From assembly GCF_009914755.1 (NCBI RefSeq), contig NC_060927.1: DNA of 64,000 nt; one strand, given 5' to 3'. Each line of letters starts with the position of its first letter. Positions within the stretch are counted from its first letter, which is position 1. Origin of the DNA: the human T2T-CHM13v2.0 reference genome, Homo sapiens. Shown piece by piece: positions 61,784 through 64,000 of this stretch. A program made the position numbers and the translations under genes. The notes under the pieces were generated by a model. The model was not told the DNA's origin. It was given only the letters and a program-made list of their open reading frames with translations, and did no database searches.

Positions 61784-61857
61784 TATTTATTTCTATATGT
61801 ACAGGATTGTGGAAGAAGCCAGGATATATTAATCTGTGAGATAACATAGCATGGTGG

Positions 61858-62186
61858 GTTTTTTGGTTTGCTTTTGTTGTTTTGCTTGTTTGTTTGTTTT
61901 ATTTGAGATAGGGTCTAGCTTTGTTGCTCAGGATGGAGTGCAGTGGTGCAATTATGGATTGCTTCAGCCTCAGACTCCTGGGCTCAAGTAATTCTCCTGC
62001 CTCAGCCTCCCAAATAGCTGGAACTATAAGTGTGTGCCACCACACCTGGCTAATTTTAAAAAAAATTATACAGACAGGGTCTTTCTATGTTGCCCAGGCT
62101 GGCCTTGAACTCCTGGCCTCAAGCAATCCTCCTGTCTTGGTCTCCCAAAATGCCGGGATTACAGGTGTGAGCTACCACACTGGGCC
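61858..62186 (-). mobile_element. AluJ SINE inserted in a MIR
   Basis: ctcctgggctcaag and ctcctggcctcaagcaatcctcc. TSD tagcatggtgg at 61847-61857 / 62187-62197. Confidence 0.9.
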
Positions 62187-62199
62187 TAGCATGGTGGTT

Positions 62200-62410
62200 T
62201 TAAAGCAAGGATTGTAAGGCCAAAATGACTAGAGTTCAAATTCCAGCTCTGGATTTCACTTTCTTATCTTTGATAAGATATTAACCTCTCTTAGCCTCAG
62301 TTTCTTTACGTGCAAAATGGAGGAAAAACAGTACCTTCCTCATAGGATTGTTATAAGAATAAAATGAGATAATGTATGTAAACTCCTAACACTGTGAACA
62401 CATTTTATGC
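62200..62410 (+). mobile_element. MIR SINE
   Basis: gttcaaattccagctct..taacctctcttagcctcagtttc..aaatgagataatgtatgtaaa. Confidence 0.8.
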
Positions 62411-62606
62411 AAGAAGTATGTTCCTAAAGCCCTTAGATACTCTAAGACTGACCCAGGCAAAGGATGAAATATGTTTCATTTACTGGCTAAAGACAGACTT
62501 CCTTGTAGACAGTTCACTGATTCAATCACTCATTCATTCACATAGTTTATAAACACTTAGCTAACCAAGCTTTGAAATTACATGATTCTTGACAAATTTT
62601 GGATTC

Positions 62607-63318
<712 letters not shown>

Positions 63319-64000
63319 AGCCAGGTTGTTGTGACTTCAGATGTACATAAAGTGAAACTTTATATTTTATTGTTACATAATTTCAAAATGATAGACTTTG
63401 CCACCTCCCTGGGTATGTGCCCTATTACTATTGTCATGCTGCCCTAGACAATGAATTTCCCATTTATTTAATGGTGCCTCCTTCTTAGTAATTTGGTAAG
63501 GATTACAAGTTACGTAATGTATAGAAGGTGCTTTACGAAGATCCTGGCATGCAGCAAACGTCTGGCACGTGTTAGCTGTTTTTATTAAGAGAAGGTCTAT
63601 GAATACAGAAGGACTCAGTAATAAATGAAGGAAAGGAAACTATGTTAGGATTTAAAAATTTGCAGACTGATTTAAAGCACTGGCAAAGTTTACATTATGG
63701 TATTTGACTAGTGGGTGTCTCGGTCTAGTTTTATGTCAACATTAATTGAAGGTTTGGGTTTTGGCACCTGGTGGGAAGCCTAGGCGAGACTGTGAACATT
63801 CTTCTCTCCCTCTTATTACAAGGGAATTTAAGAATCTTAGAATTACACTCTGTCCATTTGGGGAATAAAAACGTAAACAATCATAGCAAAAAAAGGACAG
63901 AGACCAACCAAGATGTAATAAAGGATTCAAATATGAGACACAGGAAATTTATCCCCCAACTAGGTCCTCATCCCTACACATGTAAAAATATTCATTATTT

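Overview
This is primate genomic DNA, probably human or another hominoid, based on AluY/AluS/AluJ, L1PA4/5, MSTA/B and MER57 content. It is intergenic or deep intronic. I cannot recognise any cellular protein-coding exon, RNA gene or CRISPR array. The long ORFs are LINE-1 ORF1/ORF2 remnants, antisense Alu frames or chance ORFs. Bases 1-14.2 kb are a nested retrotransposon stack: an old L1M host interrupted by an L1PA4/5, a short L1PA 3' end, two Alus and an L1MA2-like element that itself carries MSTA and an Alu. The remainder mixes unique sequence with L1, L2, MIR, LTR and DNA-transposon relics. Candidate cis-regulatory elements lie at about 16.3-16.5 kb, 23.4 kb and 56.9-57.9 kb. I found no convincing new gene system. 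The most unusual signals are: (i) an L1PA with two internal deletions, one of which fuses ORF1 in frame to an endonuclease-less ORF2, plus a short 3' transduction tag; and (ii) several fold-back or template-switch scars, including a complex templated insertion at 7.4-7.8 kb, an AluY carrying an extra arm copied from its inverted neighbour, and multiple hairpin duplications. Subfamily names come from recalled consensus sequences and were not computed.
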